64,000 nt of DNA from NCBI GenBank assembly GCA_038087875.1, contig CM075988.1:14510001-14574000 (forward strand), given 5' to 3'. Source of the DNA: Malacoraja senta (Eukaryota). The notes under the pieces are model-generated. The model was not told where the DNA came from. It did not search any database and saw only the letters and a program-made list of their open reading frames with translations. How positions within the stretch are numbered: position 1 is the first letter of the stretch; every line of letters starts with the position of its first letter. A program made the translations under genes and the position numbers. Shown in pieces: positions 48,197-61,332 of this stretch.

Positions 48197-49478
48197 CATA
48201 GAACAATGAACAGTATAGCACAGGTACAAGCCCTTCGGCCCACAGTGTTTGTGCTGAAAATGATGACTCACTGAACTGCTCACATTTTCCTGAACATGAG
48301 CCACATCCATCTATTCCCTGCACTTCCATGTGCTTTTCTAAAAGCCTCTTAAATGCCACTATCATATCTGCCTCCACCACCACCCCTGGCAATGCATTCC
48401 AGCCCCCACCACCAATGTGTATAAAACCTTGCCCTGCACATCACCATTAAAATTTCCCCTTGTCACCCTATAGCTTTACCTTCTAGTTTAGGACATTTCC
48501 AACCTGGGAAAAAGATTCCGACTGTCTACTTTATCTTTGCTTCTCATAATTTTATATACTTCTATCAAATCTCCTCTTAACCTTCGGCACTCCAAAGAAA
48601 ACAATCCAAGTCTATCCTACCTACCCCGGTAGCTGAACCCCTCTAATTCAGGCCGTATTCTGGTAACCTCCTCTGCACCCTCTCCAAAGCTTCCACATCT
48701 TTCATGTAACGGTGCGACCAGAACTGCATGCAATATTCCAAATGAGGCTTCACCAAAGTCCAATAGTTATGACTTCCTGACCCTTATAATCAGTGGCCCT
48801 AGGAATGAAGGCAAGCATACAATATGCCTCCTTTACCACACTGTCTACTTGTGCTGCCACCTTTAGTGAGCCATGAACTTGGCCTCCAAGATCCCTCTGC
48901 ACATCAGTGTAGTTAAGGGTCTTGCCATTAACTGTATACTCTCTCCTTACATTCAACCTCCTAAAGTGCAACATCTCACTCAGGTTAAACACTATCTGCT
49001 ATTTCTCCTCCCATTTATGTAGCTGATCTATATCCTGCAGTATCTTCTGACAGCCTTCCTCACTGTCTGCAACTCCTCCTATTTTGGTGTTGTCAGCAAA
49101 CCTACTCACCAACCCATCTACATTTACGTCATGGTCATTTATATATAGCACAAATAGCAGAGGTCCCAGCACAGATCCCTGTGGAACTCCACTGGTCACA
49201 GACCTCTAGCCAGACGATCTACTTCCCACCACAACCCTCCGTCTTCTATGAATAAGCCGGTTCTGAATCCATACGATCGTCATCACAACATCCATACATC
49301 TTAATCTTCTGGATCAGCCTACCATAAAGGGCCTCATCAAAAGCCTTGCTAAAATCCATGTATACAACATCCAAGGTCCTTCCTTCATCAATCTCTTTGT
49401 CGCCTCCTCAAAAAACTCAATCAAGTTAGTGAGACATGATCTGCCACGTACAAAGCCGTTCTGGCTATCCCTAATTAT
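48197..49478 (-). mobile_element. CR1 LINE RT-to-3' fragment, degenerate
   Basis: TSGVPQGSVLGPLLFVLYIND...SRFADNTKIGG, LTNLIEFFEE and a CR1 3' end. Confidence 0.92.
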
Positions 49479-50785
49479 CACAAGAGTAATTCAAACACTT
49501 GCTACCCCAGGCAAATAATCCATCACCTACCCAGAAAATACTTTCTAGTAAGTCAAATGTATTGCTTTGAAATTATTGACAATGTGTAACATGGTGAAAT
49601 CATAATTATGTTGCACAGCCAACCGGTGACTCAAATTACCTTACTTACAGCCCATTAAACTTGAATTTATAAATAAAGAGACCATCTTCAACATCATGGA
49701 TTTATGCAGAGTGATGGGATTCTTCATACAACCAGACACCATTAGAAATGGACCATGCCTACAAAGGAAGCTCACACTGCTGCAATAAAGCAGATCAAAA
49801 GTACTAAAGGATGTAAGTGCAAGCGCTACTCGCAACACATGCCTGGGCTACATGACAGTCATTCAGCATTATTACCATAATACAAGAGAATGTTGTATAT
49901 ATACTGCACATTATGGGAACGATCTATGAATATATTACCAACTGCATCGTGTAACAACACAATTACCCAGAAATTAAATTGAATTGTTAAATCTATTTTT
50001 TTTTAAAGGCCCCTTCACTAGCTCAATGGATCTTTAAAAAATTGGCTAAGTGTCAATGTATATTTTCATGCAAAGAATGCCAGTATAGAGCCACTATTGT
50101 ATATAAAAGTGAGTGGGAGAATCATTTTCTTATAGCCATTGTTGAGATTGAGTTAATGCTTCTTAGAGCTCAGCATATAGGCACTGTAATGCCTCAATAT
50201 GCAGATGATTAGTTTTGCCTCCAGCATTTGGATTCTGTTTTCTTCAGACTAAAGAGAGCTGACAATCCCATTTGATTTTCTCATTTTCTCCAAGACAATT
50301 CAAATTTTCAAGTCAGGGAAACAAATATATGGATATTAGCTTGGTAGCAGTTAAACTGCCGTTTCCCAGAGAAGAAGTGATGGCAGATGACAATTTGGAA
50401 GTAAACTCATTTGTACGACCTCAGTGAGAAAAGCAAAAGTCTCCAAGGGAACAGGATGAGGCCATTTTGTTCCTTACACCTGCTCAACTATTCACTTATT
50501 TCATGGCTGATCTATAACTCAAATTGTTTGTCCTCATACCCTCACCTGACTTTACTTATCCTATCAAACATGTAAGTTCCTTTTAATACATGCATCCACA
50601 GCCTTTTGAAAGTGGTGATGGTGGTTACTGCTGTAGCTATATGATGTTTGATCCATTTTATTATGGCTGCGTGAACTCCCATGGTCTGCTTTGTAGGCAT
50701 CGTCCATTTCTAAAGAAATCTGGAATGCATGGAGAATGTCATTGTTGTAGTAGTCTGTACTAGGATGTTGGAGCCTTCAACTCAA

Positions 50786-50943
50786 ATACTTACCTGGCAT
50801 GGGGAGAATCAGTGGTCATGATGGTCGATCTCCCAGGATGAGGCTATCCCATTGCACTTTGGGTGTGCTGATGCCTGCAATGTCCCCAAATGCGGGATAC
50901 TCGACTGCAAAATTTGTGGTGGTGGGGGTACTGTTTTCGCGCT
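50786..50943 (+). pseudogene. RNU1: U1 snRNA copy (probable pseudogene or variant)
   Basis: ATACTTACCTGG 5' end, U1A loop ATTGCAC, CCCCAAATG.GGGA.ACTCGACTGCA, Sm site AATTTGTGG. The U1-70K loop is altered, the last ~8 nt are missing, and I see no PSE upstream. Confidence 0.9.
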
Positions 50944-50951
50944 AAAATATT

Positions 50952-51250
50952 TGGGTGGCACAGTGGTGCAGCGGTAGAGTTGTTGCCTTACAGCACTTGC
51001 AGCACCAGAGACCCAGGTTTGATCCCGACTACAGGTGCTATCTGTACCTTCTCCCCACGATGCATGGGTTTTCCCCGAGATCTTCGGTTTCCTCACACAC
51101 TCCAAAGACGTACAGGTGTGTAAGTAAATTGGCTTGGTCAATGTAAAGATTGTCCCTAGTGTGTCGTATAGTGTTAATATGCGGGGATTGCTGGTCGGCT
51201 CGGACGCGGAGGGCTGAAGGGCTTGTTTCCGTGTTGTATCTCTAAACTAC
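50952..51250 (+). mobile_element. tRNA-derived SINE (HE1/V-SINE-like)
   Basis: Head, core and tail, directly after the U1 copy. Confidence 0.9.
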
Positions 51251-51589
51251 GCAACTGCGCATAACTCTTGTGGATCACTGGTTTCAAGCACACAATATAA
51301 CATTGCTATCAAATGGAAAAAATATGGTGAAAGTGGAGAAATGTCACCAGCATATCTGGCTTAAATATTTTGCATTTACATCCATGCTTGGGTAATAAGA
51401 CGTCTATTAAGCTGTGAATGCAAGTTCATGGAGAAAGAGCAGTGTCCTTAAATAACCAGTTAAACAATGTGCCCCTGGAACATTTTAAAGCTTCATTGTG
51501 ATTTCACATGATGTGGCATTACACTCATTGCTCACTGAAGTCACTGTCATTACACACATAGCACTGGCACAGCTGGGGGGAACAGCTGG

Positions 51590-52110
51590 TAGTATTATGA
51601 GCAATTTTGGGCACTATGTCTGAGGAAGGATGTGCTGGCTCTGGAGAGGGTCCAGAGGAGGTTTACAAGAATGATCCCAGGAATGAGTAACATATGATGA
51701 GAGTCTGACAGCACTGGAGTTTAGAAGAATGAGGGGGGACCTCATTGAAACGTACCGAATGGTGAAAGGCTTGGATAGAGTGGATGTGGAGAAGATGTTT
51801 CCACTAGTGGGAGTGTCTAGGACTAGAAGTCATAGCTTCAGAATTAAAAGAATTTAGGAAGAAGATGAGGAGGATTTTCTTTGACTAAAGAAAGGGTGGT
51901 GAATCTGTGGAATTATTTGCCTCAGAAGGCTGTGGAGGCCGTCAATTGATATTTTTAAGGCAGAGATAGATACTTAATTAGTACGGATGTCAGGGGTTAT
52001 GGGGAGAAGGCAGGAGAATGGGGTTAGAATAGATCAGTCATGATTGAATGGCGGAGTAGACGTGATGGGCCGAATGATCTAATTCTGCTATCACTTATGG
52101 CCTTATGATC
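51590..52110 (+). mobile_element. CR1 LINE 3' fragment
   Basis: [22 protein letters not shown], followed by a CR1 3' UTR. Confidence 0.9.
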
Positions 52111-54053
52111 TAATGCTCCCCCAAAGCTTCAACAATTCTTGTGAATTTGAACTTTCCAAGTTGCCTGTGTGGAGTTTGTTCCTTCATGGCCACTTCAAGG
52201 TCATTCAGCAACAATATGTTTCAATGTAATTTTCATTGAGGTTTGGTGCTGAAAGTGTAAATTTAAAAAATAAATAATAATTCTAATTTTCAGAAAGTCA
52301 GGGGCTCCTAAGAGATTTAACAGTGATGTTTTTCATTTTTCATTTGTTGTGGTTTTTTTGCAAGTACAGAATCAATTTAAATAAAATTAGTAGTTTCACA
52401 CTGGGAAAAAGTAACTGGGTCATCTGTTGGCTTTCTGTTCTTTGAGTATGCATGAATAAATTGAGATTAAAATAGTTAAATGATTTTAGTTCTGTAAATA
52501 AAGCTGGCAATATTGATGTTAATAGCACTAGATTTTTTTTCTCATCAAATACTCTAATGAAATTTACATCAAGGAATAAAATAGCTTAAAGGGTACATAT
52601 CAACAGTTCTAATCCAATGTGAGAACAGGGGGAAGTTATAGATCCCCTTTCACCTAGTGTGTTGGGGTAGATTTACTATTGACTGCCCATGTATCATTAT
52701 GTCAGTGAGGGTTTCATATAACCTGCTGCTAAGTAAAGAAATGACTTGCATATGTACTTTGGTGCAGAACATCCGCTATTGATTCTGGCTACTCTGACTT
52801 ATCTCAGAGGCAGTGTAAATATAGAGTAGCATTTAAAATCGAAGTAAGGTTCCAGTGTCGTGGCAGTGGTGTGACTCGCTTTACAGTCAAAACAGCCTCC
52901 GTAGATTACAGGCCCGATGAGTGACACAGTCAAGGAGAGGAGATGGACAGAGGATGGAACCAGGTGCGGCTTGGGAAGTGGTCAGACTGAAGGTAGGGTG
53001 GTGATGGGCAAATAATTTGCATGTGCCCAGATTGAGATTGGGAAGAGAACAAGAAGAAAGGATGGGATTGTTCTCATTTTAGTGGAAAGAGCAAAGTGGA
53101 GATTTCAGAGACAATTAAAACCATGGTGTGGTTTAGATACAGGAAAAAGAGCTGCCTCAACTTAGAGTCAACGAGTAATACAGTGTAGAAACAGGCCCTT
53201 TGGCCCAACACCCACACCGGTCAACACAAACTTGAAAGAGGATCAGTAGCCAAAGGACAGAATTTTAAAAGGTGACTGGTAAAGAATATGAACATGGACA
53301 GGGAGATTTATTTTACAATGCAATAACTTGACATGATCAAGAATGCACTGCTGTAAAAGGAGTTTGAGGCAGTTTCTGTGGTAATTTCCATAGTGGAAAT
53401 GAACATGACAAAGGGAACAACTGACAGGGTGAAGGGGAAAAGATAGAGGAATAACTCTTTCATAAAGCTTCCTTCTGAGTTATGTAATCATATGATTCTC
53501 TGAGCAGAGCAGAGAGATGAAGACAAATGAAGCAGGAGATTGAAGTGGACAGTCTTTGATGAACATTGCTGTTAAAATGTGTGACGGCATCTATGTGGGA
53601 ATCATACTTTGGCATCTGTAAATTCTGGTCAGAGAAGGCAACGACACATTGTTTGCTCCACTACACATCATTATAATGATTGCAGATGAACTATTATTGT
53701 CGTTAATAGATTCATAGAGTCATAGAGTCATTCATGCGTGGAAACAAGACCTTCGGCCCAACTTGCCCCGCACTGGCCAACATGTCCCAGCTATGCTAGT
53801 CCCAACTGCCTGCATTTGGCCCATATCCCTCCAAACCTGTCCTATCTATGTACCTGTCTGACTGTTTCTTAAACATTGCGATAGTTCCTGCCTCAACTAC
53901 CTCCTCTGACAGCTCATTCCAAACACCCACCACCGTTTGTGTGAAAAAGTTACCCCTCAGATTCCTATTAAATCCTTTCCCCTTCACCTTAAAACTATGC
54001 CCTCTGGTCATCAATTCCCTACCCTGGGCAAAAGATTGTGCATCTACCCGATC

Positions 54054-54270
54054 TGTAGATTGGTTTATGCATGACAACCAATCATATATAGGTTAGCATC
54101 ACTAACCCCACCTTACTGTATCATTTATATTAACACCCACTTCCTACACTGCTCAGTTCTGGTAGCAGTCAGGATGCTCTGACAACTAACAATCTACTGT
54201 ACTGCTATAGTCTGCATATCGATTAAAGATGATCTTGGATTACATGTCGTGGGAGTCTCATGTTTACACA
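54054..54270. mobile_element. Candidate solo LTR inserted in CR1
   Basis: 217-bp non-CR1 insert with TGTA...TACACA ends, a TATA-like tatata, attaaa, and atc(t) duplicated at the junctions. Confidence 0.45.
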
Positions 54271-54524
54271 ATCTATTTCCCTCATGATCTTATAGACCTC
54301 TATAAGATCACCCCTCATCCTCCTGCGCTCCAAGGAATAGAGTCCCAGCCTACTCACCCTCTCCCTATAGCTTAGACCCTCGAGTCTTGGCAACATCCTC
54401 GTAAATCATCTCTGGCTTGACAACATCTTTTCTATAACATGGTGCCCAGAACTGAACACAATACTCTAAATGCAGCCTCATCAACGTCTTATATAACTGC
54501 AACATGACCTTCCAACCTCTATAC

Positions 54525-54689
54525 TCTTGTGTTTTTGGAAGGAATTCTGTCCCTGATTTATGTATTGGTCTTTATAACCTATTTTTTTTAAATTCTGATT
54601 ATATGTTTTCTATAAATCTCTGTATGGTGTCCTTGAGACCTCGGTATAAGGCGCCCGTAAATAAAATCAATTATTATTATTATTATTAT
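54525..54689 (+). mobile_element. L2-like 3' end with (TTA)n tail inserted in CR1
   Basis: ggtgtccttgag...aaggcgcccgtaaataaaatcaattattattatta; tatactc is repeated at both junctions. Confidence 0.6.
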
Positions 54690-55257
54690 ACTCAATACTC
54701 TGATGAAGGCCAATGTGCCAAAAGCCTTTTTGACTACCGTATCTACCTGCGATTCCACCTTCAAGGAACCATGCACCTGCACTCCTAGATCCCTCTGCCC
54801 TTCAACATCCCCCAGAGCCCGGCCATTCACTGTGTAGGTCCTGCCCATGGCAGACTTCCCAAAATGCAACACCTCACATTTCTCTGTATTTAGTTCCAAC
54901 AAACCATTCCTCAGTCCACCTGATCAATCGATCAAGATCCTACTACAATTTTTAACAGCCATCTTCACTATCTGCAAAACCATCCACTTCTGTATCATCT
55001 GCAAACTTACTAATCTTGCCATGTACGTTCTCATCCAAATCATCCAAATCCAATGATGTTTAAGTGTGTAGGACAATTTTTTTTTTAAGTTGTTGCTTTC
55101 ATAAGCAGTAAATCTTAATTTCTACTTACTGTACACCTATAATAACACTGAATGTGGCCATTCAACCCAAACGTCCATGCTGGCCCTAAAAAGTTGAGCA
55201 ACATCATTATTCCAAAACCCTCTCTTCTTATTTCCTGATATTGCCGAAAACATATAT

Positions 55258-55465
55258 GTAGGAAGGAACTGCAGATGCTGGTTACATTGAAGATAGACAC
55301 AAAATGCTGGAGTAACTCAGTGGGACAGGCAGCATCTCTTGAGGGAGGGAATGTGTGATGTTTCGGGTCGAGACCTTTCTTCACCCAAAATGTCACCCGT
55401 TCCTTCTCTCCAGAGTTGCTGCCTGTCCCACTGAGTTACTCCATCATTTAGAGTCTATCTTTGGT
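55258..55465. mobile_element. Palindromic Penelope-derived element
   Basis: Inverted PLE tails meeting at ~55383. Confidence 0.8.
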
Positions 55466-56616
55466 GTTACTCGCACATATGCTCATCAACTCTTGTGTGA
55501 TTCCCGAGATGGACATAATTAACTGTGGCTATTTAATCACAGGTACCTTTTTGTGATATGAGAGGAACCAAAACATGAAGGAAACCCATGTAGAATACAT
55601 GCATAATCTGCACACATGCAGTAACACCTGTGGTCAGGATTGAACCCAGAGCCTTGGAGCTGTGAGGCACCACCCTCATTAAAACAAAATGTTAATAAAA
55701 CAAAACTGCACATGCTGAAAATTTGAAATAAAAACAGAAAATCCTGAAACATATAAATGCCAGGCAGCATCCGTGGAAAGAGAAATGGAATAGATGTTCC
55801 TGATTGAAGACCCTTCACCAGAACCCCTGGGTGTTTTTACCATTATCTGCATTTATCCCAGTTATTTTTAAATTCTCCTTTGCCTTGATCAGCAGCTAGC
55901 ATCTATGTTGTGACTGTCTTATTTCTGGGAGAATATAAAATGTTATAAATCTTGTTGTACAGCTACATTGGGATGAGCGTTATTTTGCTGAAGATGTCTT
56001 TAATGCTTTGTTGAGAAGCCCATGACTTGGAACATGAGTTTAATCATGCGAGAATCTTTCTTTTGGACAATGGAGCAGTGATCTGAACAATAATTTCAAA
56101 TTGAAGCTTTTGATTTACTATTTAACTGAGAACCAGCTGCATTCCAGAGTTAGTACCAGAGTTAAAATGCTGGAAGTAATGGGGGGAAAAAGCACAACTT
56201 GCATTTTCCATGAGGAGAAATATGATCACGTTTCAGTCAATGTGCGCTTTACCTCACCTGACATGCTCTTCGGATATGTTTAAAGCAAAGGAATAATGAG
56301 ATAAGAGAAAGAGAGGGAATTATCAATATATATTAATGAATTGGAATGGGGAGAGAGTGATACTGAGAATCAGAGAGATTGGTACAAGGATGAGATTGAT
56401 ACAAGGGAACAGGTAGAATGGTATTCTGGTCATGTAGGTAAGAAAGGAATGAGGTAAGAAAGGAAATAAAATGAGTTTAAGAAGGTGGGGAAAAACTATA
56501 ATCGTGATGCTAATTGTCAACAAAGCAGTTGAAACATAATAAGGGTCGGCTCAATTTCAAAATGTTTGTACTATGCCTGTGATTACAAATCAGAAAGCAC
56601 ACTCTTCCTTATCTCT

Positions 56617-57893
56617 GTATCGTGTCTGACGAATCTTATAGAATTTTTCGAGGATGTAACTAGTAGAGTGGATAGGGGAGAACCAGTGGATGTGTTGTAT
56701 CTGGACTTTGAGAAGGCTTTCGACAAGGTACCACATAAGAGATTAGGATACGAACTTAAATCACACGGTATTGGGGGTTCAGTATTGATGTGGATAGAGA
56801 ACTGGCTGGCAAACAGGAAGCAAAGAGTAGGAGTAAACTGGTCCTTTTCACAATGGCAGGCAGTGACTAGTGGGGTACCGCAAGGCTCAGTGCTGGGACC
56901 CCAGCTATTTACAATTTATATTAATAATATGGATGAGGGAATTGAAAGCAACATCTCCAAGTTTGCGGATGACACTAAGCTGGGGGGCAGTGTTAGCTGT
57001 GAGGAGGATGCTAGGAGACTGCAAGGTGACTTGGATAGGCTGGGTGAGTGGGCAAATGTTTGGCAGATGCAGTATAATGTGGATAAATGTGAGGTTATCC
57101 ACTTTGGTGGCAAAAACGGGAAGGCAGACTATTATCTAAATGGTGGCCGATTAGGAAATGGGGAGATGCAGCGAGACCTGGGTGTCATGGTACACCAGTC
57201 ATTGAAAGTAGGCATGCAGGTGCAGCAGGCAGTGAAGAAAGCGAATGGTATGTTGGCTTTCATAGCAAGAGGATTTGAGTATAGGAGCAGGGAGGTTCTA
57301 CTGCAGTTGTACAGGGTCTTGGTGAGACCACACCTGGAGTATTGTGTACAGTTTTGGTCTCCAAATCTGAGGAAGGACATTATAGCCATAGAGGGAGTGC
57401 AGAGAAGGTTCACCAGACTGATTCCTGGGATGTCAGGACTTTCATATGAAGAAAGACTAGATAGACTTGGCTTATACTTGCTAGAATTTAGGAGATTGAG
57501 AGGGGATCTTATAGAAACGTACAACATTCTTATGGGGTTGGACAGGCTAGATGCAGGAAGATTGTTCCCGATGTTGGGGAAGTCCAGGACAAGGGATCTC
57601 AGCTTAAGGATAAGGGGGAAATCCTTTAAGACCGAGATGAGGAAAAACTTTTTCACACAGAGAGTGGTGAATCTCTGGAACTCTCTGCCACAGAGGGTAG
57701 TTGAGGCCAGTTCATTGGCTATATTTAAGAGGGAGTTAGATGTGGCCCTTGTGGCTAAGGGGATCAGGGGGTATGGAGAGCAGGCAGGTACGGGATACTG
57801 AGTTGGATGATCAGCCATGATCATATTGAATGGCGGTGCAGGCTCGAAGGGCCGAATGGCCTACTCCTGCACCTATTTTCTATGTATCTATGT
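56617..57893 (+). mobile_element. CR1 LINE, 5'-truncated, with uninterrupted RT C-terminal ORF
   Basis: ORF to 57801: SCLTNLIEFFE, YLDFEKAFDKV, SGVPQGSVLGP, SKFADDTKLGG, RPHLEYCVQFWSP; 3' UTR and (tatc/tatg) tail. Confidence 0.96.
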
Positions 57894-57894
57894 A

Positions 57895-57998
57895 ACCATT
57901 CCTTCTATCCAGAGATGCTGCCTGTGCCGCTGAGTTACTTCAGCTTTTTGTGTCTATCTTCAGTTTAAACCAGCATCTGCAGTTCCTTCCTACTACAC
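57895..57998 (+). mobile_element. Penelope-like terminal fragment
   Basis: Shared PLE tail directly after the CR1 tail. Confidence 0.8.
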
Positions 57999-58464
57999 AT
58001 CATTGCAGTTACAAATCAGTGTCTACGAGTGGTGATGTATTCACACATTAAATTTTACATTTGTGCAACATGGCATCTTTGTACAGACATTAAATAGGTT
58101 CCTTTAAATAACTGGGTCTGAAGTAAAGTAGAATGTGGCTGCAGAAAGAATATTGTTTCTTCACTTGATTATCGGTTTAAAAGCCATGTTTGCAAAGTAA
58201 CTTTGTTTAGGTTCAAGAGAGTTTTACTTATCATTTACCCAAGAGTCAAGAGTGCGAAGAGTCAAGAGTGTTTTATTGTCATATGTCTTGAAACGGAACA
58301 ATGAAATTCTGAATTGCTGCAGCAGCAGAACAGGTTTGAATTTCATTGTATTTCCTATGACTGCACCCTAAGCGCTAAAGATCTTTCTTGATAATTTGTT
58401 TTTTTTTAGTCTCCTGAAATTCGAAAGTTTCATCACATCAGCAAGAACACGCACTTGTCATCGA

Positions 58465-58785
58465 GTCATCCAGCACAGAAACAGGCCTGTGCCCCACCGA
58501 GTCCACACTGAACATCAACCACCTTTGTACACGATTCCAGTCATATTACCAATTGAATATACCCACATTCCCATCAACATCCTCCAGATTCAATCACTCC
58601 CCTGCACACTGGGGATAAATTGACAATATCCCATTAACCTGCCAACCCACATGCCTCTGGGATGTGGGAAGAAATTGGAGCTCTCAAGGGAAATTTACAC
58701 ACTCATGGGGAGAATGTTGAAAACCCATGCAGTCAGCATCGGACATCAACATCAGAGCTCTGAGGTAGCCATGTCACTGCGCCAT
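58465..58785 (-). mobile_element. Old tRNA-derived SINE
   Basis: cagaaacaggcc tail and a diverged core (tgtgggaagaaattggag). Confidence 0.6.
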
Positions 58786-58960
58786 CAATTAAAAACATGT
58801 TGCAGGGTGCAGGATAATGATCATGTTGTGCCGTTCATATCAGTAGGGTAAGTAAATAATGCAATCTCCCGCCACACCACAATGAGCCTTCAGCACAACA
58901 CCTCTACTGTTCTGCCCTTAGGCATATTCTGTCAGCACTTTACAGACATACACACACGCG

Positions 58961-59122
<162 letters not shown>

Positions 59123-59560
59123 AAAATGAGAAGACGCTGCTGACTCCTTTTAAAAAAGTCTGGAAAAGCAGGTTCACAGACACAGACACATACATTGGCC
59201 TGGGCTTCAAAAGTCCTCTGGAGAAAGGATGTCAAAGGCAGTAGGGTGCCAGTTTTAAACATTGAATGATGAGTTCTGGAATTTATAGGAAGTCCCTGGA
59301 CTATGAAAGCTTCGAGGTGCTTCTGGTATTTTGTGTACTTCAAGATGAATTTGAGTAAAATTAATGATTCTTCAGTAAGTGAAGGCATTTTAGTGCCCTG
59401 GGGTTAATGGGTCTAATTTATTTTATAGGTTTTTTGTTTGGGATGTTTTCTTTGAAGGGAAATTGGTTACAGCAAAAATGTTAATAACCAAATAGTAGTT
59501 GTAAAATGATGACACAAGTAAGGTAAACATGTAAACCAAAATATACATTGTAAGCATGAT

Positions 59561-59954
59561 ATGAGACAAAATAGCCTCAAACTAGGAATTGGTTGAATCA
59601 AGTTCAGGAAACATTCACCATGTTCTTGACATTTATGTTGTAAGTGAATAACATTCATTAATATCACTCCCAGCTATTTATTATACCAGATTTGAAAGGA
59701 CCATTGAAAACTATGAGAAATGAAAAGAATATTGTATTTCGAGAACATAATCCCATCGCAGTAGAACTGCATCAACACAACTAACATAGCCTAATTTCTC
59801 ATAGTTTTCAATGGTCCTTTCAAATCTGGTATAATAAATAGCTGGGAGTGATCTTAAAGAATGTTATTCGCTTACAACATAAATGTCAAGAACATGGTGA
59901 ATGTTTCCTGAACTTGATTCAACCAGTTCTTAGTTTGAGGCTATTTTGTCTCAT
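59561..59954. repeat. 161-bp inverted repeat with 72-nt spacer
   Basis: 59561-59721 versus 59794-59954; 5 mismatches counted by eye. Confidence 0.95.
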
Positions 59955-60299
59955 GAACTCTTTTAACTTGTAATTGTTGCAGTACTGGATGAAAGACGAC
60001 GGTTTGCTGGACGATCCGGATGGAGGCGTCAGCTGCAATAGGCCATTATGGCCAGCCGCAGCTTGGACTTTGAAAATGGTGTTAAACCTGGCGACTCTTG
60101 TACATGGTCCTAGCAGGCTATTTCTATATATTTTGTACTTGATCAGGGATTGTACTCATGTATAGTAATAATTTACTGAACTGTATGCAAAAAAAGTGTT
60201 TCACTGTACCTTGCTTCATGTGATAATAAAGAACCATTGAATATCCAAGGTACTGGAGGTCACCCATGTTTAACCATCTTAAATACTATTTTTATACCA

Positions 60300-60376
60300 A
60301 TGTAAAGCACTTTGGCCAACGAGAGTTGTTTTTTAAATGTGCTATATAAATAAATGTGACGACTTGACTTGACTTA
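60300..60376 (+). mobile_element. L2-like 3' end with (GACTT)n tail
   Basis: tgtaaagcactttgg...aaatgtgctatataaataaa and a short tandem tail. Confidence 0.6.
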
Positions 60377-61332
60377 AGTACAAGTCCTTGTCTTCAAGAC
60401 AAGAAGAAAACAGGTGAACAAAGCCGAAATGAATTTGAACAATTGTCCTTTCAAAAGATTTGCAATTATTATTTACCTGTGTTTTGTTCCCTCTTGCATT
60501 TTCCTTCTTAATATTTTGATCTTTTAACCTCTTCCAAAAATTAAATTAACAGTCCATTGTGATACCACAAAGGCCAAATCTTGAATCAAACTGTGCATCT
60601 GAAAATGTGAATCTAGGCTATCATCCACTTCCAAATTAAAATGTGTCACATCTCAGAAACTATGTGAAGAACAGCACAAACTGTACTTTAAAATATTCAG
60701 ATTATTGGCATACATGTTGTCCATTTTTATATTGGATTTTAAAGTGAATGAATGTTAGTTTCGCAAATGGAACAAGAGAATTCAGGAGTTTATGTAGGAA
60801 TAACCTTTAAAAAATATATATAATGCAGAAGCAGTTGCTTCACAGCCTCCTTTTAATTCCAGAGAACTTCCTCTGTAAATGTAAGGCAGCAGCTTTCTCA
60901 TGCCTCCAAAGGACAACTTCTTATGGTTTAAGGCAACAGCCAAGTTGTATCTCCAGTGAAAAGCTCCCTTAAAACTTCAGGGGAAAGTTTCAGCATAACC
61001 TCAGGAAAGGCATCTGTCGATTGCATAGGTCGTTCTCATTGTTCCAGTGCACAACCCTTTCATTTTGGACTCTGAGAGGTTTATAAAACTGGAAAGGAAA
61101 ATAGGGTGAGAGGGCACTGGTGCGTGTAGACAAGGAGAGCAGACCCCGAGCCACTATTGGCGGTGTTGATGAGGGGAAGGGAAAAGGAAGATGAGGAATG
61201 TTGGAGGCTGACGTGAAGGTGCAAATCATGAGGGGTGTGGATAGGATAAACAATGAGATCCTCTCAGACTGAAGAAAGGTTATCACTCAAAACGTCACCT
61301 TTTCCTTTTCTCCAGAGATGGTGCCTGACCCT

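Larger units (their letters stand above)
53708..55050 (-). mobile_element. CR1 LINE fragment carrying two insertions
   Basis: ORFs 53796..54077 and 54588..54902 (KCEVLHFGK...QRDLGVQVHGSLKV). Confidence 0.9.

Noticed and set aside
51262..51290. actcttgtggatcactgg resembles the 5' end of 5.8S rRNA
   Set aside because: The match is short and gapped and does not continue.
57132..57824. 230-aa minus-strand ORF
   Set aside because: It is the antisense frame of the CR1 RT region, a common shadow ORF.
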